Source of the DNA: Bacteroidota bacterium
GTDB taxonomy: Bacteria; Bacteroidota; Bacteroidia; Chitinophagales; Chitinophagaceae
Assembly: GCA_016868585.1 (NCBI GenBank)
Contig: VGGR01000003.1
Coordinates: 167,128-231,127 of the forward strand
Direction of reading: 5' to 3'
DNA: 64,000 nt
The notes under the pieces are model-generated. The model saw only the letters and a list, made by a program, of their open reading frames with translations, did not search any database and was not told the DNA's origin. A program made the translations under genes and the position numbers. Positions 39,724 through 51,122 of this stretch are shown here, in pieces; the first letter of the stretch is position 1; the number at the start of each line of letters is the position of its first letter.

Positions 39724-41451
39724 TTAAACCTTCTTTAAGCTATATGTAATGGTTACCGGGAGTCTGCTGATTTTTGTTTTTCCGGATAAATCGTATTGTT
39801 CAATAATAAATACATAAGTGCCTGATTTGCAGGACTTACCTGATGCTGTAGTGCCATTCCAACTAAAATGGCCATGGGTAGATAAGAGGGCTCGGGGAAC
39901 TAGTTTTATTATAAAAGCGCCGCTAACATCCACAACTGTTACTGAAATTACTTGCCCAGTTCCCATACCCCTGTATTGCAAACTGCAGAAATCCTCCCAG
40001 CCATCTAAGTCCGGCGAAAACACAGGGGGTATTATCTCAAAATTACCCTGCGAGGAGGTGCTGGAAATTGATTGAGAATTTTTTTGTCCGGGTGTGGCAA
40101 ATCCGGCTGTAGAAGCGGCGCTATGCCAGTTATTCCTGTTTTGTGTTACACCAGTCGGGTCAAGTTTTTCCAATGAAACACCTTCTTTTTGTTGTAGCAA
40201 TTCAAAGTGCCAGGATTCGTCATAGTGAAGTTCATCCAGTACTTCTCCCTGCGTGTTTAACAGCACAATTCGACCTTCTTCATTGGGCAGCGTTACAAAC
40301 GGATGTATTTTTTGCAAGGTTGCGGAAGCAGGTATCAGGTATTCCCTTTGAATGGCATAGGGGTCCTTGGAGAAAGCTATATATTGTCCAGGTAATAACG
40401 CGATGGGGTCTCCGGCTAACTTATAACTACTTCCCAATTGGCCACCACTATTTCTTAGCGCTATTCTCAGATCTGACAAAGCAATTATTTTTTTACTGGT
40501 ATTTAAACATTCCACAAACTCTTCGCCACCTGAACGTGGATTGAAAAGTATCTCGTTCAATGTTACGGAATTGCGTATGGCAGTACCGGCCAAGCCTGTT
40601 TTAATGGTCCAGGATGCTGACTCTTTCATGCCCGAACAGTTTGCGAGTTTTGTGATGGTCAGTTGAACAACACTATCTGGTAATACCGGTTGAGAAAAAT
40701 GGAGTATGGCCTCCGTGTATTTTGGAGGAACTAATCGAATCGATTGCCAGGAAATTCCTGGAGAAATGTGGATCCATTCTCCTTTACTGATCGTGCAACT
40801 ATCTACCGGTCGGTTAAACACCACCTGCATAGTGGATGCGTCTTTAAAAAACGCATAAGTTGCTTTTGTGCTTACCACTCCAACAGGGATGGTGCTGGTT
40901 TGGTTTTGTTGACCCGGAGTTCCCCCATTGACATCAATGCTGGCTTTCCAATTGTCTTGTTCCTGACATGGATTGGCTGCATCAATTAATTCCAGGCTCC
41001 ATCCTCCCTCGGCTTTCCAGGGAAACGCATACCATTCCGTTGAATACGTTACGGCATGTACCGTTTTTCCGGACGGATCCCTCAATGAAACAGTTTCTCC
41101 CTCATTGCTAAGCGAGGGAAAAACGGGCAGCCCCATAGTTTTTCCATATTTGCCAAGTGCTGTTTGTGCAACAGCGCTACATAGAATTAACAAACTATCC
41201 GGTGCAAGAAAATAGACAGGGAAAGGACTGCTCAGGGAAGTACCAGCTGTGAAGCGCCAATGCTGAAGCGCTATTACTTCTTTTGATGTATTTTTTATTT
41301 CAACCCACTCATAAGCGGGCAATGCTACAGCCGGAGTGGGATCTGCCATGATTTCCTGGACAATCAATCGATGATGCGCTTGTGCAATTGCCCAATTATC
41401 ACAGATTAGCGCCGTCAATAACAATAGGAGAAAGAGTTGATTTTTCACCAT
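39724..41451 (-). CDS. Lamin-tail-domain protein with probable T9SS type-B (CHU_C-like) C-terminal signal
   Basis: Two LTD-like segments (EIMADP...YEWVEIKN; NEILFNP...EFVE), C-terminal FSPDLDGWEDF...WNG...GTYVF. Confidence 0.8.
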   Translation of the reverse strand: MVKNQLFLLLLLTALICDNWAIAQAHHRLIVQEIMADPTPAVALPAYEWVEIKNTSKEVIALQHWRFTAGTSLSSPFPVYFLAPDSLLILCSAVAQTALGKYGKTMGLPVFPSLSNEGETVSLRDPSGKTVHAVTYSTEWYAFPWKAEGGWSLELIDAANPCQEQDNWKASIDVNGGTPGQQNQTSTIPVGVVSTKATYAFFKDASTMQVVFNRPVDSCTISKGEWIHISPGISWQSIRLVPPKYTEAILHFSQPVLPDSVVQLTITKLANCSGMKESASWTIKTGLAGTAIRNSVTLNEILFNPRSGGEEFVECLNTSKKIIALSDLRIALRNSGGQLGSSYKLAGDPIALLPGQYIAFSKDPYAIQREYLIPASATLQKIHPFVTLPNEEGRIVLLNTQGEVLDELHYDESWHFELLQQKEGVSLEKLDPTGVTQNRNNWHSAASTAGFATPGQKNSQSISSTSSQGNFEIIPPVFSPDLDGWEDFCSLQYRGMGTGQVISVTVVDVSGAFIIKLVPRALLSTHGHFSWNGTTASGKSCKSGTYVFIIEQYDLSGKTKISRLPVTITYSLKKV

Positions 41452-41563
41452 GAAAAACTAACAGTTGCTCATTTGTTTGTCAAGCTTTTGTTTTGTTTTT
41501 TTTCTGTGAATTGGTCAGAAAAATTCACCTGCGTATTACATGCGCAATTCAAATAAACTTAAG

Positions 41564-41771
41564 ATGAAAGTTGCAGTAGTGGGCGCCACCGGATTAGTGG
41601 GTACTAAAATGATCCAGGTTTTACAGGAGCGTAATTTTCCAATAACAGCATTGATCCCCGTTGCTTCCAAAAATCCGTGGGTAAAGAAGTAGTCTATGCC
41701 GGAAAAAATATAAAGTAGTGGGAATGCAAACGGCCATAGACAGCAAACCTGCAGTGGCGCACAACAATTGA
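41564..41771 (+). pseudogene. asd: 5' fragment of aspartate-semialdehyde dehydrogenase, frameshifted and truncated
   Basis: MKVAVVGATGLVGTKMIQVLQERNFPITALIPVAS (Asd Rossmann start). Apparent single-base losses at A-runs 41669-41673 and 41703-41708; restored frame reads KSVGKEVVYAGKKYKVVGMQTAIDSKPAV and ends at TGA 41769-41771, 10 nt from the ligA stop. Confidence 0.85.
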
Positions 41772-41781
41772 TCTAGCATCA

Positions 41782-43902
<2,121 letters not shown>

Positions 43903-44237
43903 TCAACTAGTTAATGTGTTGCAAAAACATATTACTTGTTCTATTCCTAATTGTCCTAAATGCTGCCCTATGAAAAGGAGTTTCCGGGCGAAACAATACT
44001 AAAAGTTGCCATCCTGTTTAGAAATGGAAACGGGTTTTTGAAGCAAACAACCATATCGACACTCCCCACAAAACAATTTAGGATCAAGGGAGCCACAAGC
44101 AATTTTTCATTGCGGCTATAACGGCTTTTTAGTAATGATTAAAAAAGTCAGTCAAAATTTTTATTGATAATCAATTTGTTACAAAGGCAGCTTTAAAAAT
44201 TAATCCTCTTTTTCAAGGTGTTTTGAGCAGGCCCACT

Positions 44238-44280
44238 TACTTTCGCCGTCCATTTTTAATCAGGTCCCGGGATAGCGGGA
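44238..44280 (+). promoter_or_regulatory. rplM operon promoter (-7 variant TACTTTCG) and leader hairpin
   Basis: TACTTTCG at 44238-44245; hairpin TCCCG-GGATAG-CGGGA at 44265-44280, 16 nt before the ATG. Confidence 0.5.
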
Positions 44281-44296
44281 ACTCAAATAAAACATC

Positions 44297-44740
44297 ATGA
44301 GTAAACTACGTTTCACTACCAAACATGCGAACGAGGCTACCGTTAAGCGCAACTGGTTTGTTGTGGACGGTACTAATCAAACCGTGGGTCGTATGTGTTC
44401 TCGTATTGCAGCCGTATTACGCGGAAAGACCAAAGCCAGCTACACTCCACACGTAGACACCGGGGATTATGTAATTGTAACCAATTGCGAAAAGGTTGTA
44501 TTGACCGGAAACAAATTGGATCAAAAAATGTATGATCATTTTACCGGTTACCCAGGCGGTTTAAAAGAAGAAGTAGCTTCCAGTTTATTGAAGCGTCGTC
44601 CTGAAATGGTCATTGAGCGTGCCGTAAAAGGAATGCTCCCTAAAAACAGATTAGGCCGCAAAATGATCAAGAAATTATTTGTGTACCAAGGTGCTGCACA
44701 TCCGCATGGCGCACAACAACCCAAGGAACTTAAATTCTGA
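44297..44740 (+). CDS. rplM: 50S ribosomal protein L13
   Basis: [41 protein letters not shown]. Confidence 0.99.
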   Translation: MSKLRFTTKHANEATVKRNWFVVDGTNQTVGRMCSRIAAVLRGKTKASYTPHVDTGDYVIVTNCEKVVLTGNKLDQKMYDHFTGYPGGLKEEVASSLLKRRPEMVIERAVKGMLPKNRLGRKMIKKLFVYQGAAHPHGAQQPKELKF

Positions 44741-44765
44741 AATCAATCGTACCAATAACTAATCA

Positions 44766-45155
44766 ATGGAAAAGCAAAAGAACAGCGTAGGTCGTCGTAA
44801 AGAAGCCGTAACACGCGTTTTCGTTACCAAGGGTAACGGAAAAATTACGGTGAATGACAAAGACTACAAACAATATTTCTCTCTGGTCTATTTACAGAAT
44901 CAAGTTGAACGTCCACTCAAAACTGTTGAAGTGATGGACAAATACGATGTAAATATTAATGCCACCGGCGGAGGTGTAAAAGGTCAAGCAGAAGCTGCTA
45001 TGTTGGGTATTTCCCGCATATTGGTAGACTTGAATCCTGAATTTCGTCCTGCATTAAAAGCAGCCGGATTGCTGAAACGTGATCCACGTTCCGTAGAGCG
45101 TAAGAAGTTCGGTCACAAGAAAGCGCGTCGTAGTTACCAGTTCTCCAAACGTTAA
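44766..45155 (+). CDS. rpsI: 30S ribosomal protein S9
   Basis: GRRKEAV, GGGVKGQAEA, RDPRSVERKKFGHKKARRSYQFSKR. Confidence 0.99.
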   Translation: MEKQKNSVGRRKEAVTRVFVTKGNGKITVNDKDYKQYFSLVYLQNQVERPLKTVEVMDKYDVNINATGGGVKGQAEAAMLGISRILVDLNPEFRPALKAAGLLKRDPRSVERKKFGHKKARRSYQFSKR

Positions 45156-45191
45156 TTGCCCTTAATCAATTTTAAAGTACTTCTATTGCAT

Positions 45192-46067
45192 ATGGAAAAT
45201 AATACATCCTTACAGCAGCAACTTCTTGAAGCCGGTGTACATTTTGGCCACCTGAAAAAGAAGTGGAATCCCAAGATGTTGCCTTACATCTTTGCAGAGA
45301 AGAAAGGTATTCACATCATCGACCTGAATAAAACGGTTGATTGTTTACAGGAAACAGTAGCTGCGTTAAAGCAAATTGCACGTAGTGGAAAAAAGATCCT
45401 TTTCGTAGGAACAAAAAAACAAGCAAAGGACATCGTAAATGAGTGTGCTAAGCGTGTAAACATGCCTTATGTAACGGAGCGTTGGTTGGGGGGCATGTTG
45501 ACCAACTTTAACACCGTTCGTAAGAGTGTTAAAAAAATGCAGAGCATTGAAAAAATGCTGGGTGATGATTCTTTTGACAGTATTACAAAGAAAGAGCGCC
45601 TTACCCTCAGTCGGGATAGGGACAAAATGGAAAAAGTATTAGGTGGTATATCCCAATTGGGACGCATCCCTGCCGCGCTGTTCCTGGTTGATATCGGGCA
45701 TGAGCATATTGCATTGGCAGAGGCCAGGCGTTTAGGTATTACCACTTTTGGTTTGGTTGATACTAACTGCGATCCTAACAAAGTGGATTTTGCGGTGCCT
45801 GCAAACGACGATGCAACTAAATCAATTGCTATTTTGGTGAACTATATCACTGCAGCAATTGAAGAAGGTTTGGCAGAGCGTCAAGCTGCTAAGGACGACG
45901 AAGCAGAAGAGAACACCGATGACGAAAAAGAAAGAAAAGCGGCTAAACTTCTTGCAGAAGCAGAAACGGAAGGCGGACGCGGTGGAGCCCGTCGTGGTGG
46001 AACAGGAACACGTCGTCGTACTATAGGGGGTAGTGCTAGCCGTGGACCTGGTGGAGCCCGGAAGTAA
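45192..46067 (+). CDS. rpsB: 30S ribosomal protein S2
   Basis: AGVHFGH, ILFVGTKKQA, RWLGGMLTNF, DTNCDP, PANDDA. ATG 45192 preferred. Confidence 0.99.
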   Translation: MENNTSLQQQLLEAGVHFGHLKKKWNPKMLPYIFAEKKGIHIIDLNKTVDCLQETVAALKQIARSGKKILFVGTKKQAKDIVNECAKRVNMPYVTERWLGGMLTNFNTVRKSVKKMQSIEKMLGDDSFDSITKKERLTLSRDRDKMEKVLGGISQLGRIPAALFLVDIGHEHIALAEARRLGITTFGLVDTNCDPNKVDFAVPANDDATKSIAILVNYITAAIEEGLAERQAAKDDEAEENTDDEKERKAAKLLAEAETEGGRGGARRGGTGTRRRTIGGSASRGPGGARK

Positions 46068-46130
46068 TTTATTTTTTATTTAGATCTGTGGTCTACACGA
46101 AAGTGTTTCCCCTAAAAATTTTAAATCAGT

Positions 46131-46967
46131 ATGAGTACCGTTACTATTAGTGCACAGGATATCAATAAACTTCGTCAAACAACCGGCGCCGGAATGATGG
46201 ACTGCCGTAAAGCGTTGACTGAAACAAATGGCGATTTTGAAGCGGCTATTGACTGGTTGCGCAAGCAAGGACAGAAGGTAGCTGCCAAACGTAGCGATCG
46301 TGAGGCAAAGGAAGGTGTGGTCATTGCGCAGACTACTGCTGATAACAAAATCGGAATTGTAGTTTGTGTGAGCTGCGAAACTGATTTTGTTTCCAAAAAT
46401 GCAGACTTTGTTGCTTTTGGAAAAAGTATTGCCGATGCCGCCATCGCTAATAACGTGAATTCAATGGAAGAGTTGCTCAGCGTAAAGATTGGTGCTTTAC
46501 CCATCGCTGGTATGGTTGATGAAAAGCTGACTACTATTGGTGAAAAAATTGGAGTAACAAAGTTTGAGCGAATAGATGCTCCATATGTAGCTTCTTATAT
46601 CCATGGTGCTTACCGCATTGGTGTATTGGTGGGTATGGACAAACCTGCAGCAGAAGCTGGTAAAGACGTAGCCATGCAAATTGCTGCCCTGAATCCAGTT
46701 GCCGTTGATGCCAGCTCCGTTCCTGCTGAGGTTATCAAGCGCGAAAAAAGCATTGTAGTGGAATTGATGAATCAAGACCCTAAGATGGCTGGAAAGTCTG
46801 CAGAGATGATCGCTAAGATCGCTGAAGGTAAAATGGGCGCTTTCTTCAAAGAACAGACACTCACGGCTCAGGCTTTTGTAAAAGATGCCAGCAAGTCAGT
46901 AGGTGATTATCTGAAAGAATCCGGGGATGTAAAAGTGATCAGCTTTAAGCGTGTTGCGCTGGGTTAA
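46131..46967 (+). CDS. tsf: Elongation factor Ts
   Basis: LRQTTGAGMMDCRKAL, CETDFVSKN, DVAMQIAALNP, GKMGAFFKEQTL. Confidence 0.99.
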   Translation: MSTVTISAQDINKLRQTTGAGMMDCRKALTETNGDFEAAIDWLRKQGQKVAAKRSDREAKEGVVIAQTTADNKIGIVVCVSCETDFVSKNADFVAFGKSIADAAIANNVNSMEELLSVKIGALPIAGMVDEKLTTIGEKIGVTKFERIDAPYVASYIHGAYRIGVLVGMDKPAAEAGKDVAMQIAALNPVAVDASSVPAEVIKREKSIVVELMNQDPKMAGKSAEMIAKIAEGKMGAFFKEQTLTAQAFVKDASKSVGDYLKESGDVKVISFKRVALG

Positions 46968-46991
46968 TTGCTGCAATAACAATATTTATAT

Positions 46992-47021
46992 AAGCGTCCG
47001 TATATACGGGCGCTTTTTTTT
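46992..47021 (+). terminator. Intrinsic terminator after tsf
   Basis: AAGCGTCCGTA-TA-TACGGGCGCTT followed by a T-run. Confidence 0.85.
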
Positions 47022-47063
47022 GGCCTTGTAATTTGGTTATCTTCGCTCACCAAAGACACCTAC

Positions 47064-47774
47064 ATGCTACCTGTTTACAAACGCATTTTATTGAAATTAT
47101 CAGGAGAGGCCCTGATGGGGGATAAGAGTTTTGGGTTTGACACCGCCATCATTTCTCAATATGCTAAAGATATTAAGGCCATCACCGAATTGGGTGTTCA
47201 AGTGGCAGTGGTAATTGGGGGTGGTAATATTTACAGAGGGATGAACGAACAGGAGACGGGAATTGAGCGTGCACACGGAGATTATATGGGCATGCTGGCT
47301 ACCGTTATTAACGGAATGGCCTTACAAGCCGGATTGGAAAGAATTGGTATTTACACGCGTTTACAAAGCGCTATCAAGATGGAGCAGATAGCGGAGTCCT
47401 ATATTCGTCGCAGAGCCATCCGTCATTTGCAAAAAGGAAGAGTAGTGATATTTGGAGCGGGTACCGGTAACCCTTATTTCACTACGGATACGGCAGGTTC
47501 TTTACGCGCTATTGAGATCGGAGCGGATGTGATTTTGAAAGGCACGCGTGTGGATGGGATTTATTCAGCAGATCCAGAAAAAGACCCAAAGGCAACTCGT
47601 TTTGAGGAAATCAGTTTTTCGGATTGTTTGTCCAAACAATTAAAGGTGATGGATACAACAGCATTTACGCTATGTATGGAGAACAAACTCCCTATAATTG
47701 TATTTAATATAAATCAATCGGGCAATCTCAGCAGGGTGGTAACCGGCGAGAAAGTAGGAACACTGGTTAAATAA
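47064..47774 (+). CDS. pyrH: UMP kinase
   Basis: [40 protein letters not shown]. Confidence 0.99.
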   Translation: MLPVYKRILLKLSGEALMGDKSFGFDTAIISQYAKDIKAITELGVQVAVVIGGGNIYRGMNEQETGIERAHGDYMGMLATVINGMALQAGLERIGIYTRLQSAIKMEQIAESYIRRRAIRHLQKGRVVIFGAGTGNPYFTTDTAGSLRAIEIGADVILKGTRVDGIYSADPEKDPKATRFEEISFSDCLSKQLKVMDTTAFTLCMENKLPIIVFNINQSGNLSRVVTGEKVGTLVK

Positions 47775-47799
47775 AAAAAGGGAGTATACCTTCCTTTTT
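47775..47799. terminator. Bidirectional terminator between pyrH and the convergent bTHX gene
   Basis: AAAAAGGGAG-TATAC-CTTCCTTTTT, with A/T runs on both sides. Confidence 0.65.
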
Positions 47800-47819
47800 C
47801 ATTTTGTACGCAAACCGTT

Positions 47820-47930
47820 TTATTTAGTTTTCTTGGGAGCAGCTTTTTGGGTAGTCTTGGCAGGACGGCTCTTGCCGAATGAACCTTTGAAGCGTTTTCC
47901 TTTAGCGGTTTTCTTATCACCTCTTCCCAT
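47820..47930 (-). CDS. 30S ribosomal protein bTHX (THX), 36 aa
   Basis: Missed by the ORF track. MGRGDKKTAKGKRFKGSFGKSRPAKTTQKAAPKKTK* matches the MGKGDxKTxxGKxxxGSxGKxRP THX pattern. Confidence 0.88.
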   Translation of the reverse strand: MGRGDKKTAKGKRFKGSFGKSRPAKTTQKAAPKKTK

Positions 47931-47963
47931 GGTAGTATTGATTCAGTGGTTTATGTGTTTTGT

Positions 47964-48233
47964 TTATAATAATTCAGCCAATTCTTTACCCGCTTTGAAA
48001 CGAGCCACTTTGCGTGCTTTTCTTTTAATGATCTCTCTGGTTTTTGGGTTTATTCCATTGCGCGCAGCATGTGTAGAAACAGTAAACGTGCCAAAACCAA
48101 CCAGGGTAACTTTCCCACCAGCCTTCAGTGTTTTCCCAATTGCCTCAATCAGAGAATCAATGGCTTCGTTGGCTTGCGCCTTTGTTATTCCGGCGTCGTC
48201 TGCTACCTTATTGATCAAGTCTCCCTTATTCAT
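47964..48233 (-). CDS. hup: HU family DNA-binding protein
   Basis: MNKGDLI...VTLVGFGTF...ARNGINPKT...FKAGKEL; -7 element TAAATTTG just upstream. Confidence 0.95.
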   Translation of the reverse strand: MNKGDLINKVADDAGITKAQANEAIDSLIEAIGKTLKAGGKVTLVGFGTFTVSTHAARNGINPKTREIIKRKARKVARFKAGKELAELL

Positions 48234-48314
48234 GCGTTGTGTTTTAAAAAGTGAAGAGGGACAAATTTAATTGCTTTTTCATTGAGGGAAAAGAAAAATA
48301 GGGGTTATGCACCC

Positions 48315-48620
48315 TTAATCCACGATTTTCATCAATGTGCGAAAAGCAATGAACCGCTCACCCCATTTATCCAGCCCTTTTTGCTGTAAGCTTGGCGCAA
48401 ATTCAGTAATATAATGTTTGTAATCTTCGAGATTGGCTGTTTTGTATTGCACGGCAAACGAAGCCCCTTCTTTATCCACATTTTCCACCAGTTCAAGTAT
48501 GGTTGCGTTGCAGAAACATCCTGTTCCAATAACCTCAGGAATATGTTCTGTTTTTAACCATTGCATCCATTCCCTGGCAATGGGGTGGTCCACTTTTACG
48601 GTTACATTATATATATACAT
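48315..48620 (-). CDS. DUF4286 family protein
   Basis: MYIYNVT...WMQWLKTEHIPEVIGTGCF...FAVQY...KWGERFIAFRTLM. Confidence 0.85.
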   Translation of the reverse strand: MYIYNVTVKVDHPIAREWMQWLKTEHIPEVIGTGCFCNATILELVENVDKEGASFAVQYKTANLEDYKHYITEFAPSLQQKGLDKWGERFIAFRTLMKIVD

Positions 48621-48626
48621 GGATTA

Positions 48627-49391
48627 TTATTTTAATGCCAGATAAACGGGGCAGTGGTCAGAGTGCTTTACAGTGGGTAGCAAATAAGCCTCCTTTATTT
48701 TCTTCTCCAATGCCGAAGTGACATTGATATAGTCAATGCGCCATCCTTTATTTTGTAAGCGTACACTTGGAAAACGTTGACTCCACCAGCTATAGTGATG
48801 CGGTTCCAGATTAATTTTTCTAAAGGTGTCTGTCCAACCGCTTTCAAATAGTTTTGTCATCCAAGCCCGTTCAGCAGGCTGAAATCCAGATGAATTTTTA
48901 TTTCCCTTAGGATCGTGTATGTCAATTTCCTGATGAGCAATATTGTAATCGCCGCACAATATCAGTTGTGGATGTTTTTTTTTAAGTTTTTCCAGCCAGT
49001 TATAACATTCGTTCAACCATTGGTATTTATATTGTTGCCTTTCGTCTCCACTGGTCCCACTTGGGAAGTAGGCGTTGATCAATCGTATATCGCCAAAATC
49101 TAATTGAATGACCCGTCCTTCCTGGTCACTTTGCCCATGCCCATTGCCCAATTCCACATGATCTGGTTTTATTTTGGTAAATACGGCAACTCCGCTGTAA
49201 CCCTTTTTTTCTGCACTAAACCAAAAGTCTTGATACCCCATTGCATGAAAGGGTGTACAGTCTACATCCTCCTGTCTGGCCTTTGTTTCCTGCAAACAAA
49301 GGATATCAGCCGGGTTTGTTTGCAACCAATCGATCAACCCTTTTCTTGTAGCTGCACGAATTCCATTTACATTGTAAGATATGATCCGCAT
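48627..49391 (-). CDS. xth: Exodeoxyribonuclease III / AP endonuclease
   Basis: SYNVNGIRA, LQETK, KGYSGV, YFPSG, GDYNIAH, GWRIDY, SDHCPV. ATG 49391 preferred. Confidence 0.96.
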   Translation of the reverse strand: MRIISYNVNGIRAATRKGLIDWLQTNPADILCLQETKARQEDVDCTPFHAMGYQDFWFSAEKKGYSGVAVFTKIKPDHVELGNGHGQSDQEGRVIQLDFGDIRLINAYFPSGTSGDERQQYKYQWLNECYNWLEKLKKKHPQLILCGDYNIAHQEIDIHDPKGNKNSSGFQPAERAWMTKLFESGWTDTFRKINLEPHHYSWWSQRFPSVRLQNKGWRIDYINVTSALEKKIKEAYLLPTVKHSDHCPVYLALK

Positions 49392-49420
49392 AATTTTGTG
49401 AAGTAGTAAAGATATCAACT

Positions 49421-50170
49421 ATGTCTCCCACAGAAAATAAAAAACAGAAACCCCAACTGATCCCTCCCAAACACCATGTTTACCTCGATGGCCCCAAGAG
49501 TCGTGGGTACGAACTAGCTTTTGCCTGGCGCGTATTCAAGCAATTTGTAAAGGGATTTCGAACCCTACATTTTGCCGGTCCTTGTATTACGGTGTTTGGG
49601 TCAGCACGTTTTGAGGAGGGCCATCTCTATTATAAACAAGCACGTGAGTTTGGAAAGCGCATTGCACAAATGGGTCTCACCACGCTGACAGGAGGGGGGC
49701 CTGGGATCATGGAAGCAGCCAATCGAGGAGCATTTGAAAATGGCGGACAATCCTTTGGCTGTAATATTGAGTTACCCTTTGAGCAGAAGGAGAATCCTTA
49801 TTTACACCGATCCGTAACCTTTGAGCATTTCTTTGTGCGCAAAGTAATATTAGTAAAGTATTCTTACGCGTTTGTGATCATGCCCGGCGGTTTTGGCACC
49901 ATGGATGAACTTTTTGAAACACTCACGTTGGTGCAAACCAAGATTATTACCCAATTTCCTATTATCTTATTTGGCAAAGCGTATTACCAACCCTTGATGG
50001 ATGTTTTCACAAAAATGCAGCAAGAAGGTACCATCTCTTCCAAGGATTTAGCTCTTTTACTATTAACTGACGATGTAGAGATGGCTATGGCCCATATTCA
50101 ACGCTACATTTGCTCCAATTATCAGATAAAGCCACGCAGAAGACTGTGGTGGTTATTTGAGAAAAAGTAG
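49421..50170 (+). CDS. LOG family (TIGR00730) nucleotide phosphoribohydrolase-like protein
   Basis: TVFGSAR, TGGGPGIMEAANRGA, RKVILVKYS, PGGFGTMDELFE. Confidence 0.92.
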   Translation: MSPTENKKQKPQLIPPKHHVYLDGPKSRGYELAFAWRVFKQFVKGFRTLHFAGPCITVFGSARFEEGHLYYKQAREFGKRIAQMGLTTLTGGGPGIMEAANRGAFENGGQSFGCNIELPFEQKENPYLHRSVTFEHFFVRKVILVKYSYAFVIMPGGFGTMDELFETLTLVQTKIITQFPIILFGKAYYQPLMDVFTKMQQEGTISSKDLALLLLTDDVEMAMAHIQRYICSNYQIKPRRRLWWLFEKK

Positions 50171-50201
50171 AGTACTTACCTTCGCATCCTAAACTTTAAT
50201 T

Positions 50202-50462
50202 ATGAGTGGAGCAGATATGTTGGGCTATGCGGCAGGCGCAGTAACCGCATTTACTTTTATACCCCAGGTAATCAAAACCTGGCGCGAAAAATCAGCACGT
50301 GATATTTCGCTGACCATGTTCTTGATTGCATTTATCAATGAGGTCATGTGGCTGGTCTATGGATTTATGATCGACAACCTTGTAATTATTCTCACCAATG
50401 TAGTGATGTTGTTGATGTCTGGAATTATGATTGCGTTTAAACTGAAGTATGGGAAAAAATGA
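50202..50462 (+). CDS. SemiSWEET (PQ-loop) sugar transporter
   Basis: Three TM helices, FIPQVIKTW, DISL, W..YG and N residues. Confidence 0.9.
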   Translation: MSGADMLGYAAGAVTAFTFIPQVIKTWREKSARDISLTMFLIAFINEVMWLVYGFMIDNLVIILTNVVMLLMSGIMIAFKLKYGKK

Positions 50463-51088
50463 GTGTGCCTATTGACACCATTGTATGGGATTTGGGCGGC
50501 GTATTAGTGGATTGGAGCCCCAACTATGTTTATGATCAGGATTATTTTGACAGTGAGGCTGATCGTGATTATTTCTTTTCGCACATCTGCACCCAAGCCT
50601 GGAATGAACAACAAGATGCCGGCTATCCTTTGTTAAAAGCTACTGCAGAAAAACTGGTTGCCTTTCCCGATCCTAAATGGCAACAACCCATTCAAGATTT
50701 TTATGGTCGTTGGGTTGAAATGTTAAGGGGATCACTGCCTGATACCGTGGAAATATTTCGCGCCTTAAAAGAACAACGGAGGTATAAATTTTTTGCACTG
50801 ACCAATTGGAGTGCTGAAACTTTTCATATTGCACTGGCCCGATTTGATTTTTTACATTGGTTTGACGGCCGTTTGGTGAGTGGGGAAGAAGGCACGCGTA
50901 AGCCTTTCCCTGAATTTTATCAATTATTATTTTCCCGCTATCAGATCAATCCTTCCTCTGCCGTTTTTATCGACGATAACTTACACAATGTAAAAGCAGG
51001 TGAGGCGTTAGGGTTGCGCGGCATTCATTTTCAATCAGCTCCTCAATTGAAAGTGGGGTTGGAACAATTAGGGATTAAGGGGCATTAG
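50459..51088 (+). CDS. HAD family phosphatase
   Basis: WDLGGVLVD, LTNW, RKP, FIDD. Confidence 0.92.
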   Translation: MSVPIDTIVWDLGGVLVDWSPNYVYDQDYFDSEADRDYFFSHICTQAWNEQQDAGYPLLKATAEKLVAFPDPKWQQPIQDFYGRWVEMLRGSLPDTVEIFRALKEQRRYKFFALTNWSAETFHIALARFDFLHWFDGRLVSGEEGTRKPFPEFYQLLFSRYQINPSSAVFIDDNLHNVKAGEALGLRGIHFQSAPQLKVGLEQLGIKGH

Positions 51089-51122
51089 TTCCTTCACCTC
51101 AACGGGGTAAACTCATTAAAGC

